This document shows positions 11,891 through 23,656 of a stretch of 32,000 nucleotides of DNA, piece after piece. This stretch comes from Deinococcus radiodurans R1 = ATCC 13939 = DSM 20539 (GTDB lineage: Bacteria; Deinococcota; Deinococci; Deinococcales; Deinococcaceae), in contig NC_001263.1 in NCBI RefSeq assembly GCF_000008565.1, positions 1,612,649 through 1,644,648 on the forward strand, read 5' to 3'. The notes under the pieces were generated by a model. The model was not told the DNA's origin and did not search any database. It saw nothing but the letters and a program-made list of their open reading frames with translations. The translations under genes and the position numbers were made by a program. How positions within the stretch are numbered: the stretch's first letter is position 1; each line of letters starts with the position of its first letter.

Positions 11891-11946
11891 CCGTTTCACC
11901 CCGCCGTTAAGCGCCCCGGCTACCTTGGGGGCCTGGAGGTGGGCCG

Positions 11947-13113
<1,167 letters not shown>

Positions 13114-13127
13114 ACACAGGAGAAACC

Positions 13128-14159
13128 ATGTTCAGAACGAAATACGCACTCGCAGGACTGCTGCTGGCGAGCGGCGCTCAGGCAGCCAACATCACCCCCG
13201 CCGACCTCCGCTACGGCGGCGACAACTTCCGGGCGCTGGCCGCCGAGTCGTACCAGCTTGCCGGGCTGAAGGGCGACTTCGGCAGCTGGCTGGCCGACGC
13301 TTATCAGAAGGGCGGGGTGACGCTCTCGGGCGGCAAGACGCTCAGCGAGGCGCTCAGCAACCGCCGCGCCGAACTCGCCGCCGCCCGCACGCCCGCCGCC
13401 AGAGACGCGCTCGCCCGCGACACCGGGGCCTGGGCGCACCGCTTCATCAAGAAAGTGGTGCCGAAATTCAGCCTGGAACGCGGCTTCGAGTTTGCCAGCA
13501 TCGTCAAGACCGGCGAGCGGCAATGCCTGCTGCAAAGCACCATCATCGCCGGACTGCTGCAAGCGGCGGGGCTGGATTCAGGCCTGGTCATGGTCTGGAA
13601 AAACATGAGCGGCCAGGAAAGCAACCTCGGGCACGTGACCAGCGTGCTGCGCCTCCCCAGCGGCGCGGGCGACGTGCAGGTGGACGCCAGCGAGCCCGAG
13701 CCTTTCGCCACTCATCAGGGCCTACTCGCCTGGGTGGACGGGGGCTACCGCTTCCTCACGCCGACTTTCGGCCCGGCCAATCTGATGACCGGCTACGCGC
13801 GGGCGGACGGGAAAGGCACCGTCAAACCGGCGGCCCTCACTTTCCTGAGCCTGTCGTATCTCCGCTCGCAGTACGACTACTACCGCGCCGAGCGCGCGCC
13901 GGGCGGCGTGCTGGGCACCGGCGGCGGCAAGGCGACCCCGGCGGGGCTGAAAACCAGCGAAACCTACCTGCGAAAAGCCCTGGCCGAAGAACTGAACAAC
14001 GCGCTGGCCACCGGCGTCCTGGGCACCGTGCTCCGCAAGGAAGGCCGCGACGCCGAGGCGAAAGCGCAGTACCGCAAGGCCGGCGCCCTGTACGCCGCGC
14101 AGGGCCACACCCCGGCGAGCGTGGCGACCAATCTGGCGTGGGCGCGAGCGGGCAAATGA
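13128..14159 (+). CDS. Secreted transglutaminase-like (Cys-His-Asp) protein with a TPR-like C-terminus
   Basis: AGGAG lies before ATG 13128. Signal peptide [22 protein letters not shown] pattern [16 protein letters not shown]...NLGHVTSVL...VQVDASEP. The upstream part of ORF 12561.. overlaps the previous gene and is rejected. Confidence 0.55.
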   Translation: MFRTKYALAGLLLASGAQAANITPADLRYGGDNFRALAAESYQLAGLKGDFGSWLADAYQKGGVTLSGGKTLSEALSNRRAELAAARTPAARDALARDTGAWAHRFIKKVVPKFSLERGFEFASIVKTGERQCLLQSTIIAGLLQAAGLDSGLVMVWKNMSGQESNLGHVTSVLRLPSGAGDVQVDASEPEPFATHQGLLAWVDGGYRFLTPTFGPANLMTGYARADGKGTVKPAALTFLSLSYLRSQYDYYRAERAPGGVLGTGGGKATPAGLKTSETYLRKALAEELNNALATGVLGTVLRKEGRDAEAKAQYRKAGALYAAQGHTPASVATNLAWARAGK

Positions 14160-14227
14160 GGCAGGTTCTCAGTGCCCCCCCCAAGAGCAGGCCCCCGTTG
14201 TGCGCGGGGCGCAGGGGTAAACACCCT

Positions 14228-15475
<1,248 letters not shown>

Positions 15476-15578
15476 AGCTGCACGGCGCACTTCATCTGTC
15501 CGTTAGGCACCGTACCTAACGTGACCTCACGCTCCCGGAGGTGATGCACTGCCCAAAGACAAGAGACGGAAATTCATC

Positions 15579-15623
15579 GACAGGAAAGAGGCAGTCTCCC
15601 CCGGAGCTGTCTTTTTTCCTGTC
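15579..15623. terminator. Long hairpin with a T-run downstream of the deacetylase gene
   Basis: GACAGGAAAGAGG-CAGTCTCC-CCC-GGAGCTG-TCTTTTTTCCTGTC. The inner GC stem is followed by T6 (15612-15617), and the outer arms GACAGGAAA/TTTCCTGTC also pair. Confidence 0.6.
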
Positions 15624-15702
15624 GCGTTGATAGTGGTTGCGGCGCATGGCACGCGGCCCCACATTCCATCTGACGCTGACCTGCCTTCCCTATGCTGAGG
15701 CC

Positions 15703-16370
15703 ATGAGATTTCTGGTGGTTGAGGACGAGCTGGACATTCGTCGCCCGCTGGTCGCCAACCTGCGTGAGGCCGGGTACGCGGTGGACGAGGCGGGCAGCGC
15801 CGCCGAAGCCCGCGAACTGGCCGGGAGTTTTCCTTTCGACGCCCTGATGGTGGATGTCGGGCTGCCCGAGGGGCCGCTGGCAGGCTTCGACCTCGTGCGT
15901 GACCTGCGGGCGGCGGGCAAGGCGAGTCCGGTGCTGTTTCTGACGGCGCGCGACTCGGTGACTGACCGCATCACGGGGCTGGACGCGGGCGGCGACGATT
16001 ACCTCGTCAAGCCCTTTCACCTCGGCGAGGTGCAGGCCCGGCTGCGGGCGCTGGTGCGCCGGGGCCGCGCCGAGGCGCAGAGTGCGCGCAGCTGGCGCGA
16101 CTGCGGCTGGACTGGACAAGCCGCGCCGTGTTCAGGAGCGGCGAGCGGGTGGCGCTGACCGCCAAGGAATTCTCGCTGCTCGAAGTGCTCGCCTCGCATC
16201 CGGGCCGGGTCTACACCCGCGACGAACTGATCGACCGGGTGTGGGACGGGCGCTTCGACGCCGAGTCCAACGTGGTGGACACCTACGTCCGCAACCTGCG
16301 GCGCAAGCTGGGCGACGAGGTGGTGCAGACCATGCGCGGCGTCGGCTACAGTTTTCCCGATGGAGACTGA
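15703..16370 (+). pseudogene. OmpR/PhoB-family response regulator with a frameshift between the receiver and winged-helix domains
   Basis: The receiver (MRFLVVEDELD...DALMVDVGLP...LFLTARD...DDYLVKPF) is in one frame up to ~16083. The DNA-binding domain (LARLRLDWTSRAVFRSGERVALTAKEFSLLEVL...VVDTYVRNLRRKL) is in the -1 frame from ~16090. The switch coincides with GCGCGC at 16084-16089. Confidence 0.85.
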
Positions 16371-16460
16371 CTGGGCGACCAAACGCAGCGTTGACGAAGC
16401 GGCGCGGCGTCCGCCTGCCCCTCTCCCGTCCGGCATTCGCCTCTTTTCCGTCCGTCGCTC

Positions 16461-17762
16461 ATGACCCTGCGCGCCCGCCTGACGCTGCTGACCGTGACGG
16501 TGGTGCTGCTCTCGCTGATGAGTTTTGCCGAGCTCGCCGGGTGGCTGCTCTGGAAAGCGGAACTGGGCAGCCTCACCCGGCAGCTCAACGCCCAGTCGCA
16601 GGCGCTGCTGGCGGTGGCGCAGAGCCGCAGCCCCACCCTGGACGCCACCGCCGCCGACATTCTGGAAGAAAAAGGCACTGCCGCCAGCGGGCGCATCTAC
16701 CAGGGGCAGACCCTGCGCTGGTCGGGCGGAGCCGATGGGCCGCCAGTGCTGGACGCGGCTTTCTTGCAAACGAGCGAGCCGCGCGCCGTGGAGCGGGTGG
16801 GGGACATCCTGGTCGCTTCCCGGCGTCAGGGCGAGTACGTCATTCAGGTGGGACGCAATCTGGAACCGCTCGAGCATCTGCTGCGGCGCTACGCCCTGCT
16901 CAGTGGGCTGAGCCTGCTGGCCCTGAGCTTGCTGGCAGGCTGGGTGGTCGCCAAGCAGGTGCGGCGGACGCTGCGCCCGCTCGAAAGCCTGGTGGGGCGG
17001 GTGCAGCAGCTCGACTCTCCCGACCCCATTCCCGCCCTGGAGCAGCCCGACGAGGTGGGGGCGCTGGCCCGCGCGTTGCAAAGCAGCCTCGACGCCCTGC
17101 GCGCCGAGCGGGAGCGCGAAACCCTCTTTCTGGCGAGTGCCTCGCACGAACTGAGGACGCCCGTGACCGCCATGCTCGCCGACGTGCAGCACACGCTGAG
17201 TCGCCCCCGGCCCCCCGATGAATTGCGCGCCGCCCTGATGCGCGCCGAACAGACCGCCAGCCGCCTGCGCCTACTCACCGGCAACCTGATGACGCTGACC
17301 TGGGTGCAGAGCCTCCCCGAGCCGCGCGCCGCCTGGCGACAACTCGACCTGCTGCACCTGGCGGGCGAAGCCGTCGACCGGCTGCAACCGCTGAGCCTGG
17401 GACGCGGCGTGGAACTGTGGCTCGACGGTCAGGAAGCCCCGGTGTCGGGTGAGGCGGGGCTGCTCTCAAGTGTTGCTGAAAACCTCATCGGCAACGCCAT
17501 CAAATTCACCCCGGCGGGCGGCGAGGTGCAGGTGCGGGTCACGCCGCTCCCCAACGGCGGCGCGGAACTCGTCGTGCAGGATACCGGCCCCGGTTTTCCA
17601 CCGGGCACGCTGACCGGCGCGTTCGTGCGCGGTCAGACCGACGTGGAAGGCTTCGGCCTGGGGCTGGCGGTGGTTCAGCAGGTGGTGGACGCCCACGGCG
17701 GCACGCTGGAACTGGGCCGGGCCGAAGGCGGAGGGGCGCGGGTCGTGGTGCGGCTGCCGTAG
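16461..17762 (+). CDS. Sensor histidine kinase (TM-sensor-TM-HAMP-HisKA-HATPase_c)
   Basis: H-box SHELRTPVTAM, N-box IGNAIKFTPAGG, G1 QDTGPGF, G2 GFGLGLAVV. Two hydrophobic segments flank a ~130-aa periplasmic region. Confidence 0.9.
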   Translation: MTLRARLTLLTVTVVLLSLMSFAELAGWLLWKAELGSLTRQLNAQSQALLAVAQSRSPTLDATAADILEEKGTAASGRIYQGQTLRWSGGADGPPVLDAAFLQTSEPRAVERVGDILVASRRQGEYVIQVGRNLEPLEHLLRRYALLSGLSLLALSLLAGWVVAKQVRRTLRPLESLVGRVQQLDSPDPIPALEQPDEVGALARALQSSLDALRAERERETLFLASASHELRTPVTAMLADVQHTLSRPRPPDELRAALMRAEQTASRLRLLTGNLMTLTWVQSLPEPRAAWRQLDLLHLAGEAVDRLQPLSLGRGVELWLDGQEAPVSGEAGLLSSVAENLIGNAIKFTPAGGEVQVRVTPLPNGGAELVVQDTGPGFPPGTLTGAFVRGQTDVEGFGLGLAVVQQVVDAHGGTLELGRAEGGGARVVVRLP

Positions 17763-17800
17763 CTGGCGCGCGGCGTGTGATTTCTGCAACTCCCAAGAAA

Positions 17801-17846
17801 CAGGCCGCCGTCCATCAACTACTGGAACGGCGGCCTGCTTTTCTTC
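17801..17846. terminator. Bidirectional terminator between the convergent kinase and hypothetical genes
   Basis: An 11-bp perfect stem CAGGCCGCCGT / ACGGCGGCCTG (17801-17811 / 17827-17837) is followed by CTTTTCTTCT and preceded by AAGAAA. Confidence 0.75.
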
Positions 17847-17850
17847 TCCC

Positions 17851-18285
17851 TTACTCCAGCACGTACCGCACGCCTTCCTCAAACCCGACCTGCGCCGTGT
17901 CGCCACGCCCGAGCACCCGGTTGCGGCGCCAGGGCATCCAGTCGGTCTGTCCGCTGGCACTCCGCAAGAAGCCGCGCACGCCGACTTCCACGTAGCGGGC
18001 CGGGCCGCCGAGCAGGGCAGCAAGCCCCGCCCGCACCGCCTCGGCGTCACGCAGCGGGCCGGTCAGCCGGGCGGACGGAACGCCCTCGCCCTGGCCGGGG
18101 ACCGGGGCCACCGGCCCGCGGTGCAGGGCCTGGGCGTGCGGGCGGTAGAGGTCCACCCGGAAGCCGTCGAGCACCCGCAGCGCGGCGATGGCCTGTTCCT
18201 CGGGCAAGCGGTCCACGAACGCGACGTGAATGTCGAGCTCGAAGCCGCGCACGCCCCTGTCGGTTTCGGGCTGCGGTTGGGTCAT
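17851..18285 (-). CDS. Hypothetical protein (144 aa), translationally coupled to the upstream DinB-family gene
   Basis: ATG 18285-18283 overlaps the DinB stop (ATGA). GC3-rich frame. No family recognised. The longer ORF-track start (18486) overlaps DinB and is rejected. Confidence 0.5.
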   Translation of the reverse strand: MTQPQPETDRGVRGFELDIHVAFVDRLPEEQAIAALRVLDGFRVDLYRPHAQALHRGPVAPVPGQGEGVPSARLTGPLRDAEAVRAGLAALLGGPARYVEVGVRGFLRSASGQTDWMPWRRNRVLGRGDTAQVGFEEGVRYVLE

Positions 18286-18836
18286 GCCTGCCGCTCCGGC
18301 TGCCCCTGTTGACCCTGACCGGCGCTGCGCTCCAGCAGCAAGCGGTGGCTCATCACGTGCGAGGCCAGCATTCGCTGCCAGTTCAGGGCGTCGAGTTCGC
18401 CGAAAAAGGGATGCCAGAAGGTCCGGTCCGGCGTGGCGCGCACCTGCGCCGAGACTTCCTCGGCGGCGGCACGGCTCTGCGCCCACTTGCCCTGTACCTC
18501 GTCCCAGGCGACGCCCTGCTCGCTCGGCAGCGAGGACTCCGGAGCCTGTCGCTTGCCGTCCTTGAGCACGCCGGGTTCCTGCGGCACTGGGCGCAGAGGA
18601 CGGTCAGACAGCAGCAGGCGCGTCACGCCGGTCACCGCGCCGTTGATGAGCATCACGTGCTCGACTTCCTGCGCGGGCGACCACTCACGGCCCGGCTGCA
18701 CCTGCTGCCAGTCGCCCTGGCGGGTCTGGACGTGCTGCCAGAAGAGGTCGAGTTCGCGCTTGAGGCGGTCACCCACCTCGGCGGGCGTAGCCCCGACAAA
18801 AGCGAGTACGGCGGGGTCTTGCAGAGGAGCAGTCAT
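18282..18836 (-). CDS. DinB/YfiT-like (DinB_2) family protein
   Basis: Four-helix-bundle-type pattern with His contexts QEVEHVMLIN and LASHVMSHRL. This family is expanded in Deinococcus (established knowledge). Confidence 0.65.
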   Translation of the reverse strand: MTAPLQDPAVLAFVGATPAEVGDRLKRELDLFWQHVQTRQGDWQQVQPGREWSPAQEVEHVMLINGAVTGVTRLLLSDRPLRPVPQEPGVLKDGKRQAPESSLPSEQGVAWDEVQGKWAQSRAAAEEVSAQVRATPDRTFWHPFFGELDALNWQRMLASHVMSHRLLLERSAGQGQQGQPERQA

Positions 18837-18870
18837 GCGGGCAGTCTACGGCCTGAGGCGTGGCCCCCAT

Positions 18871-19623
18871 TCACCCGATGAACGTTTCCAGCACCCCGAT
18901 GCCGTCCACTTCGACTTCCACCCGGTCCCCGCGCTGCAAGGGGCCCACCCCTTCGGGCGTGCCGGTGAGCACCACGTCGCCGGGTTCTAGCGTGACGAAG
19001 CGGGTGAGGTAGGTCAGAATCTGCACCACGTCGAAAATCATGTGACTGGTGCGCCCGTCCTGGCGGGGTTCGCCGTTCACGCGGGTCTGCACACGCACGT
19101 CGCTGGGGTCGAACTGAGTGACCAGCCACGGCCCGAGCGGGCAGAAGCGGTCGGCGGCCTTGGCACGGAACCATTGCAGGTCGGTCTTTTGCCGGTCACG
19201 GGCGGTGAGGTCGAGTCCGCAGGTGTAGCCGAGGACCGCGCCGAGCGCCTCGTCGGCCTTGAGGTTGCGTGCCCGCTGCCCGATGACCAGCGCGAGTTCA
19301 CCTTCGAAGTGGAAATTCTCGCTCCAGCTCGGGTACTCTACCGTGCCGCCGGGTTCGGCGAGCGCGTTCGGCCCTTTGAGAAAAATGCCGGGTTCGGCGG
19401 GCAAGTCGCCAGTGTCGTTGCCGAGTTCGCGAATGTGGTCCAGATAATTGCGCCCCACGCACACGATTTTGCTCGGCTCGGCGGGCGCGAGCAGCCGCGC
19501 CTCACTCAGGGCCAGCGTCTCCCCGGTGCGCGGGCCGGTCAGCCCCCTGGTCAGGTGAATGGTCTCGCCTTCCAGCACGCCCCACTGCGCGGCGCCCCGC
19601 TGCTCCACACGAACAATCAACAT
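18871..19623 (-). CDS. Fumarylacetoacetate hydrolase (FAH) family protein
   Basis: Typical FAH-fold stretches [27 protein letters not shown] and [16 protein letters not shown]. Confidence 0.85.
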   Translation of the reverse strand: MLIVRVEQRGAAQWGVLEGETIHLTRGLTGPRTGETLALSEARLLAPAEPSKIVCVGRNYLDHIRELGNDTGDLPAEPGIFLKGPNALAEPGGTVEYPSWSENFHFEGELALVIGQRARNLKADEALGAVLGYTCGLDLTARDRQKTDLQWFRAKAADRFCPLGPWLVTQFDPSDVRVQTRVNGEPRQDGRTSHMIFDVVQILTYLTRFVTLEPGDVVLTGTPEGVGPLQRGDRVEVEVDGIGVLETFIG

Positions 19624-19773
19624 GCGCCGAGCATAGCGGGCGAGGCCGCCTCACGCGGCTTTCCTACCGTTTGCCAAGTCCGGGCAGCATTTTCCATAAA
19701 GATTGCCGCTTTTCGGCTGTCAATTCCAGTCAAGTTCACGCTGGTGTTGGGCAAAAGGAGGACAATAGACGGC

Positions 19774-21078
19774 ATGACCACCGGCGCCCCCCCTTTCTCA
19801 GGCTCCAGCCCCCAGACAACTCGCCCCCAAACAGTGGCCGAGAAAATCCTGTCGCAGCGGGGAAGCGCCGCCGTGTACGCGGGCGACCTCGCGGTGGTGG
19901 AGGTGGATCAGGTGATGGTGGTGGACTCCATCGCCCAGAGCTTTATCGAGCGCATGGAGCGCGACCTCGGCGCCGTGCCGAAGTACCCGGAGCGCGTGAG
20001 CATCGTGGTGGACCACGTCGCCCCGGCGAGCACCGTCAGCGTGGCGCAGGCGCAAAAAGAAGCGCGTGAGTACGCGGCCAAGACGGGCGTGCGGCTTTTC
20101 GACGTGGGGCGCGGCATCTGCCATCAGGTGCTGATGGAAGAAAAGCTCGCGCAGCCGGGCTGGATTGTCCTGGGGTCCGACAGCCACTCCACGACCTACG
20201 GCGCGGTGGCGGCGTTTGGCTCGGGCATGGGCGCCACTGACATCGCCCTCGCCGCCGCGAGCGGCAAAACCTGGCTGCGGGTGCCCGAGAGCGTGAAGGT
20301 CACGCTGACCGGCGACCTGCGCCCCGGCGTGACCGCCAAGGACGTGGCGCTGGAAATGATTCGGGTGCTCGGGGCCGACGGGGCCACCTACCAGAGTGTG
20401 GAAATCCACGCCGGCGACCGCTTCACACGTGGCGAACGCATGACGCTGGCGAACCTGTGCGTGGAGGCGGGCGCCAAGGCCGGGCTGGTGGTCCCCGGCG
20501 GCGAAATCCTGACCGACTACGGCTACGACGTGCCCGCCTGGGTCTACCCCGACGAGGGTGCCGCTTACGCCCGCGAAGTCGAAATCGACCTCTCCGCCCT
20601 GCACCCCCGCATGAGTGCCCCGAGCGAAGTGGACAACGTGCACGACGTGGCCGAGCTGCGCGGCCTGAAGGTGGACCAGGTGTTTATCGGCACCTGCACC
20701 AACGGGCGCATCGAGGACCTGCACGCCGCCGCCGAGGTGCTGCGCGGGCGCCGGGTGGACCCCACGACCCGGCTGCTGGTGATTCCTGCGAGCAGTCAGG
20801 TGATGGAAGAAGCGCTGCAAGACGGCACGCTGCTCACCTTGCAGCGGGCGGGCGCGGTGCTCGGCACGCCGGGCTGCGGCCCCTGCATGGGCCGGCATCA
20901 GGGCGTGCTCGCCCCCGGCGAGGTCTGCGTAAGCACGTCGAACCGCAACTTCATCGGGCGCATGGGCGACAAGGACGCCCACATCTACCTCGCCTCGCCC
21001 GCCGTGGCCGCCGCCACTGCCGTGATGGGCCGGGTGGCGCTGCCTGAAGATGTGGCTCAGGTTGCGGCATCTGCTTGA
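19774..21078 (+). CDS. hacA: Aconitase-family dehydratase large subunit, short archaeal/Thermus type (homoaconitase HacA or LeuC-like)
   Basis: AAGGAGG (19755-19761) lies before the ATG. Motifs VDHVAPA, GRGICHQV, GSDSHSTTYGA, IGTCTNGR, and the Fe-S Cys cluster GCGPCMG. Assigning it to the lysine (alpha-aminoadipate) rather than the leucine pathway is inference from size class and lineage. Confidence 0.8.
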   Translation: MTTGAPPFSGSSPQTTRPQTVAEKILSQRGSAAVYAGDLAVVEVDQVMVVDSIAQSFIERMERDLGAVPKYPERVSIVVDHVAPASTVSVAQAQKEAREYAAKTGVRLFDVGRGICHQVLMEEKLAQPGWIVLGSDSHSTTYGAVAAFGSGMGATDIALAAASGKTWLRVPESVKVTLTGDLRPGVTAKDVALEMIRVLGADGATYQSVEIHAGDRFTRGERMTLANLCVEAGAKAGLVVPGGEILTDYGYDVPAWVYPDEGAAYAREVEIDLSALHPRMSAPSEVDNVHDVAELRGLKVDQVFIGTCTNGRIEDLHAAAEVLRGRRVDPTTRLLVIPASSQVMEEALQDGTLLTLQRAGAVLGTPGCGPCMGRHQGVLAPGEVCVSTSNRNFIGRMGDKDAHIYLASPAVAAATAVMGRVALPEDVAQVAASA

Positions 21079-21091
21079 GACAGGACAGAAA

Positions 21092-21129
21092 AGAGCAGGC
21101 CAACCCGTTGCGATGGGCTGGCCTGCTCT
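21092..21129. terminator. Strong hairpin between convergent hacA and the V4R-like gene
   Basis: AGAGCAGGCCAACCC / GGGCTGGCCTGCTCT (14 bp, one mismatch) with an 8-nt loop. Flanking U-runs are weak on both strands. Confidence 0.5.
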
Positions 21130-21142
21130 CTAAAAGTGCTGC

Positions 21143-21616
21143 TCAGAGTTCGGTGAACTCGAAGCGGTCATACTCGCCGCCGCGCAGCACGCTCTCGGTG
21201 TGCTGACCCAGGTAGGTCTTGCCGGTCACGGCTTCCAACGCGCCCCATACCGCGCCCAGGCTGAAGGTGCATTTGCGGTCACTGCCCGGCGCTTCTCCCG
21301 CGCTGCACACGGTTTCCTGGGTGTCGATCATCAGGCGGTCCCCCTGCTGGTACGAGCGGACCACGGCGCACAGGCGGGTGCCGTCCGCGCCGATGGCCTG
21401 ATTGAGCAGCGGCGCGAGCTCTTCGGTGGCGACAGGACGCCCCGCCACCCCGAGGTCATGGGCGAGCCGGTGGCCGCGCACCTTGCCGGCGTGGATAAAA
21501 GCTGCCGCCGCGCCGTCGGTGCCGAGGGTGTCTTCGACTCCGGTAATCACAGCCTTGAAGCAGACGACCGAGTTGAAGTCACCGAGTTGGGGCCGCAGGA
21601 CATTGGAATCAGGCAT
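21143..21616 (-). CDS. Hypothetical small-ligand-binding protein, V4R (4-vinyl reductase)-like C-terminal domain
   Basis: The C-terminal pattern ETVCSAGE...KCTFSLGAVWGALEAVTG...ESVLRGGEYDRFEF resembles the V4R signature (E-x2-C ... C-x-F-x2-G-x3-G-x2-E ... F-x-F). GGAG lies before the ATG. Confidence 0.45.
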   Translation of the reverse strand: MPDSNVLRPQLGDFNSVVCFKAVITGVEDTLGTDGAAAAFIHAGKVRGHRLAHDLGVAGRPVATEELAPLLNQAIGADGTRLCAVVRSYQQGDRLMIDTQETVCSAGEAPGSDRKCTFSLGAVWGALEAVTGKTYLGQHTESVLRGGEYDRFEFTEL

Positions 21617-21675
21617 GAGAAAGGCTCCTTTGAGGAAGAAAGAGGAAAGCAGGTGCGAGGAAAGGCCGCCTGAAA

Positions 21676-22050
21676 TCAGAGGACGCTGGCGACGGCCTGT
21701 GCGGCGTCGCGGGCTTCCATGTGCAGCAGCCCTAGGTTCGTTCCCGCCGGCGCCACCACTGCCAGCACCCCCTTTGCTCCCACCGAGTAAATGAACACCT
21801 GTCCGTCCATCCCACTCACCGACATCTCGTTCAGGCTGCCGGTACCCAGCGTGTCGTTGATGCGCTTGCCCAGACCCAGAGCCGTCGCGGCCATCGCCGC
21901 CACACGGTTGGCGTCGGTGTTGTCGCTGAACGCCTGCGCGATGGGCAGCCCGTCGGTGGTCGCCACCATCGCGCCGCGCAGTTCGGGCAGCGAAATCCGC
22001 AGATTCTGGAGAATGGACTTCAGGCGTTCGGGTTTACTCAGCATGGTCAT
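21676..22050 (-). CDS. Roadblock/LC7 (MglB-like) domain protein
   Basis: A 124-aa protein with the typical pattern LPELRGAMVATTDGLPIA...AAMAATALGLG...MDGQVFIYSVG...VLAVVA. AAGGAG lies 7 nt before the ATG. Confidence 0.75.
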   Translation of the reverse strand: MTMLSKPERLKSILQNLRISLPELRGAMVATTDGLPIAQAFSDNTDANRVAAMAATALGLGKRINDTLGTGSLNEMSVSGMDGQVFIYSVGAKGVLAVVAPAGTNLGLLHMEARDAAQAVASVL

Positions 22051-22101
22051 GGACGTGCTCCTTTGGGGCGGCCTGCACCGCGACTCGGCTCGCCGTTCAG
22101 G

Positions 22102-22132
22102 CGAATACTCTTATATTAGAATAATTGAATAT
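22102..22132. promoter_or_regulatory. Two tandem AT-rich 15-mers, each AATA-N6-TATT (candidate operator/promoter between Roadblock and ArsR genes)
   Basis: GAATACTCTTATATT (22102-22116), A, GAATAATTGAATATT (22118-22132). This 31-bp stretch is 81% A+T and sits 52-82 nt upstream of the Roadblock start. Confidence 0.5.
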
Positions 22133-22262
22133 TTGGGCCACTCGCTGCGGCCCTGAACGATTGCTATTCCACCTCAACGCCTCTGACAGCTCTCTGACCT
22201 GAGCGCCGGGCTGTGCGGTCAAGGCCGTCCCAGTTCAGCAGCGGAATAAATATAGTGAGGAC

Positions 22263-22592
22263 GTGAAACAGAGCCACCATCTGTACAAAGCGGCCCTGTT
22301 CCGCGCTCTGGGGCACCCGCTGCGGCTGGCGATTCTCGATTCGCTGCGCGACGGGGAAAAGACGGTCACGCAGTTGCAGGACCTGACCGGCGGTGAGCAG
22401 GCCGGCATCAGCCAGCACCTCAAAGTGCTGCGGCACCAGCACCTCGTGACCTCCCGGCGCCAGGGCACCCTGACCTACTACCGCACCGAGGACGCGGCGG
22501 TCTACCTCTTTCTGGACCTGGGCCGTCAGGTCTACGAAAACCAGCTTCAGCGCCAGCGCGAGCAGCTCGACCACCTGCAAAGCGAGTCCTGA
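22263..22592 (+). CDS. ArsR/SmtB-family transcriptional regulator
   Basis: wHTH signature LFRALGHPLRLAILDSL...TVTQLQDLTGGEQAGISQHLKVLRHQHLV. GTG start with TATAGT 6 nt upstream. Confidence 0.85.
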   Translation: MKQSHHLYKAALFRALGHPLRLAILDSLRDGEKTVTQLQDLTGGEQAGISQHLKVLRHQHLVTSRRQGTLTYYRTEDAAVYLFLDLGRQVYENQLQRQREQLDHLQSES

Positions 22593-22640
22593 GCCGCGCC
22601 CGTACCCCCCTTTTTCCTCTCCAACCGACAGAGGTTTTGT

Positions 22641-23159
<519 letters not shown>

Positions 23160-23174
<15 letters not shown>

Positions 23175-23534
23175 GCCCAGCCGCCGCAGGAGCGCCGCAG
23201 AAAAAATCCACTCCTCGGGCTCCTCGGTGCCGGTCACGCGCAGCAGGACGCAGCCCCGGTCACGGTAAAAGGCGCTGATTTTGGCCCAGGCTTCGTCCTC
23301 GGAGGCGGCTTCTTCCTCGATGTCTTCGAGGGTGCCCCACAGGTCGCCGTCCACCTCGGCGCTTTGCAGGGCTTCGGCGTGGCCGCTCAGGACGTAGGGG
23401 TCCACCGTTTCGCTCGCCGGGTAGGTTTCGCCTTCGACTTTCAGGTCCAGGCGGTCGTCGCGTTCGTACAGCCGGGCGAGAAGGGCGTCCCACTCGGGCA
23501 AGGTCAGGGTCAGGTCGGCGAGCTGTTCGGTCAT
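23160..23534 (-). CDS. Hypothetical acidic protein (124 aa)
   Basis: GC3-rich ORF. Its convergent 15-nt overlap covers the 3' end of hacB. No family recognised. Confidence 0.45.
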
Positions 23535-23656
23535 GGCGAGCAGTGTACCGGCCTGCTCCCCTTGCCGCCGCCCCGCGCGAACCGCACGGATTTCTAAAGC
23601 CGCTTCCTCATCGGGGCGGGAACCCGGCGCACGTCCGGCCCGTAGACTGAACCATC

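Noticed and set aside
11794-11946. Possible Mn-sensing yybP-ykoY riboswitch in front of the VIT transporter gene
   Set aside because: A -10-like GATAAT lies 6 nt from the start codon, implying little or no 5' UTR. The only helix (CCACAGCG/CGCTGTGG) lies upstream of that, and I saw no four-helix architecture or conserved riboswitch core.
15501-15521. Perfect 7-bp hairpin CGTTAGG-CACCGTA-CCTAACG after the deacetylase stop
   Set aside because: It is too short, lacks a T-run, and a much stronger terminator hairpin follows at 15579-15623. It probably has no independent significance.
15703-16370. Programmed ribosomal frameshift in the response-regulator gene
   Set aside because: There is no slippery heptamer or downstream pseudoknot-like structure at the switch point. 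A GC-dinucleotide indel restores a fully canonical OmpR linker, so a mutation or sequence error is the simpler explanation.
17851-19623. Radiation/desiccation response motif (RDRM-type palindrome) near the DinB-family operon and elsewhere in the window
   Set aside because: Looking through the AT-rich intergenic islands (1750-1782, 19650-19770, 22102-22132) I found no ~17-bp palindrome of the TTATGT...ACATAA type. A proper position-weight-matrix scan would be needed to exclude weak sites.
19042-19773. 5' extensions of ORF-track entries (19042 for hacA; also 12561 for the TGase-like gene, 13523 for the deacetylase, 29477 for the HAD gene, 1790 for gnd, 5858 for M16, 15637 for the response regulator, 18486 for the 144-aa protein)
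   Set aside because: The extensions overlap neighbouring well-supported genes or intergenic hairpins. An internal start with an SD, a -10 element, or a signal peptide beginning right at it gives a protein of canonical length.
19624-19773. Lysine riboswitch or leader-peptide attenuator upstream of hacA
   Set aside because: The 150-bp divergent spacer is too short for an L-box. I saw no Lys-rich mini-ORF followed by a terminator/antiterminator pair, only a trivial GCCG-CTTTT-CGGC hairpin. This cannot be supported by eye.
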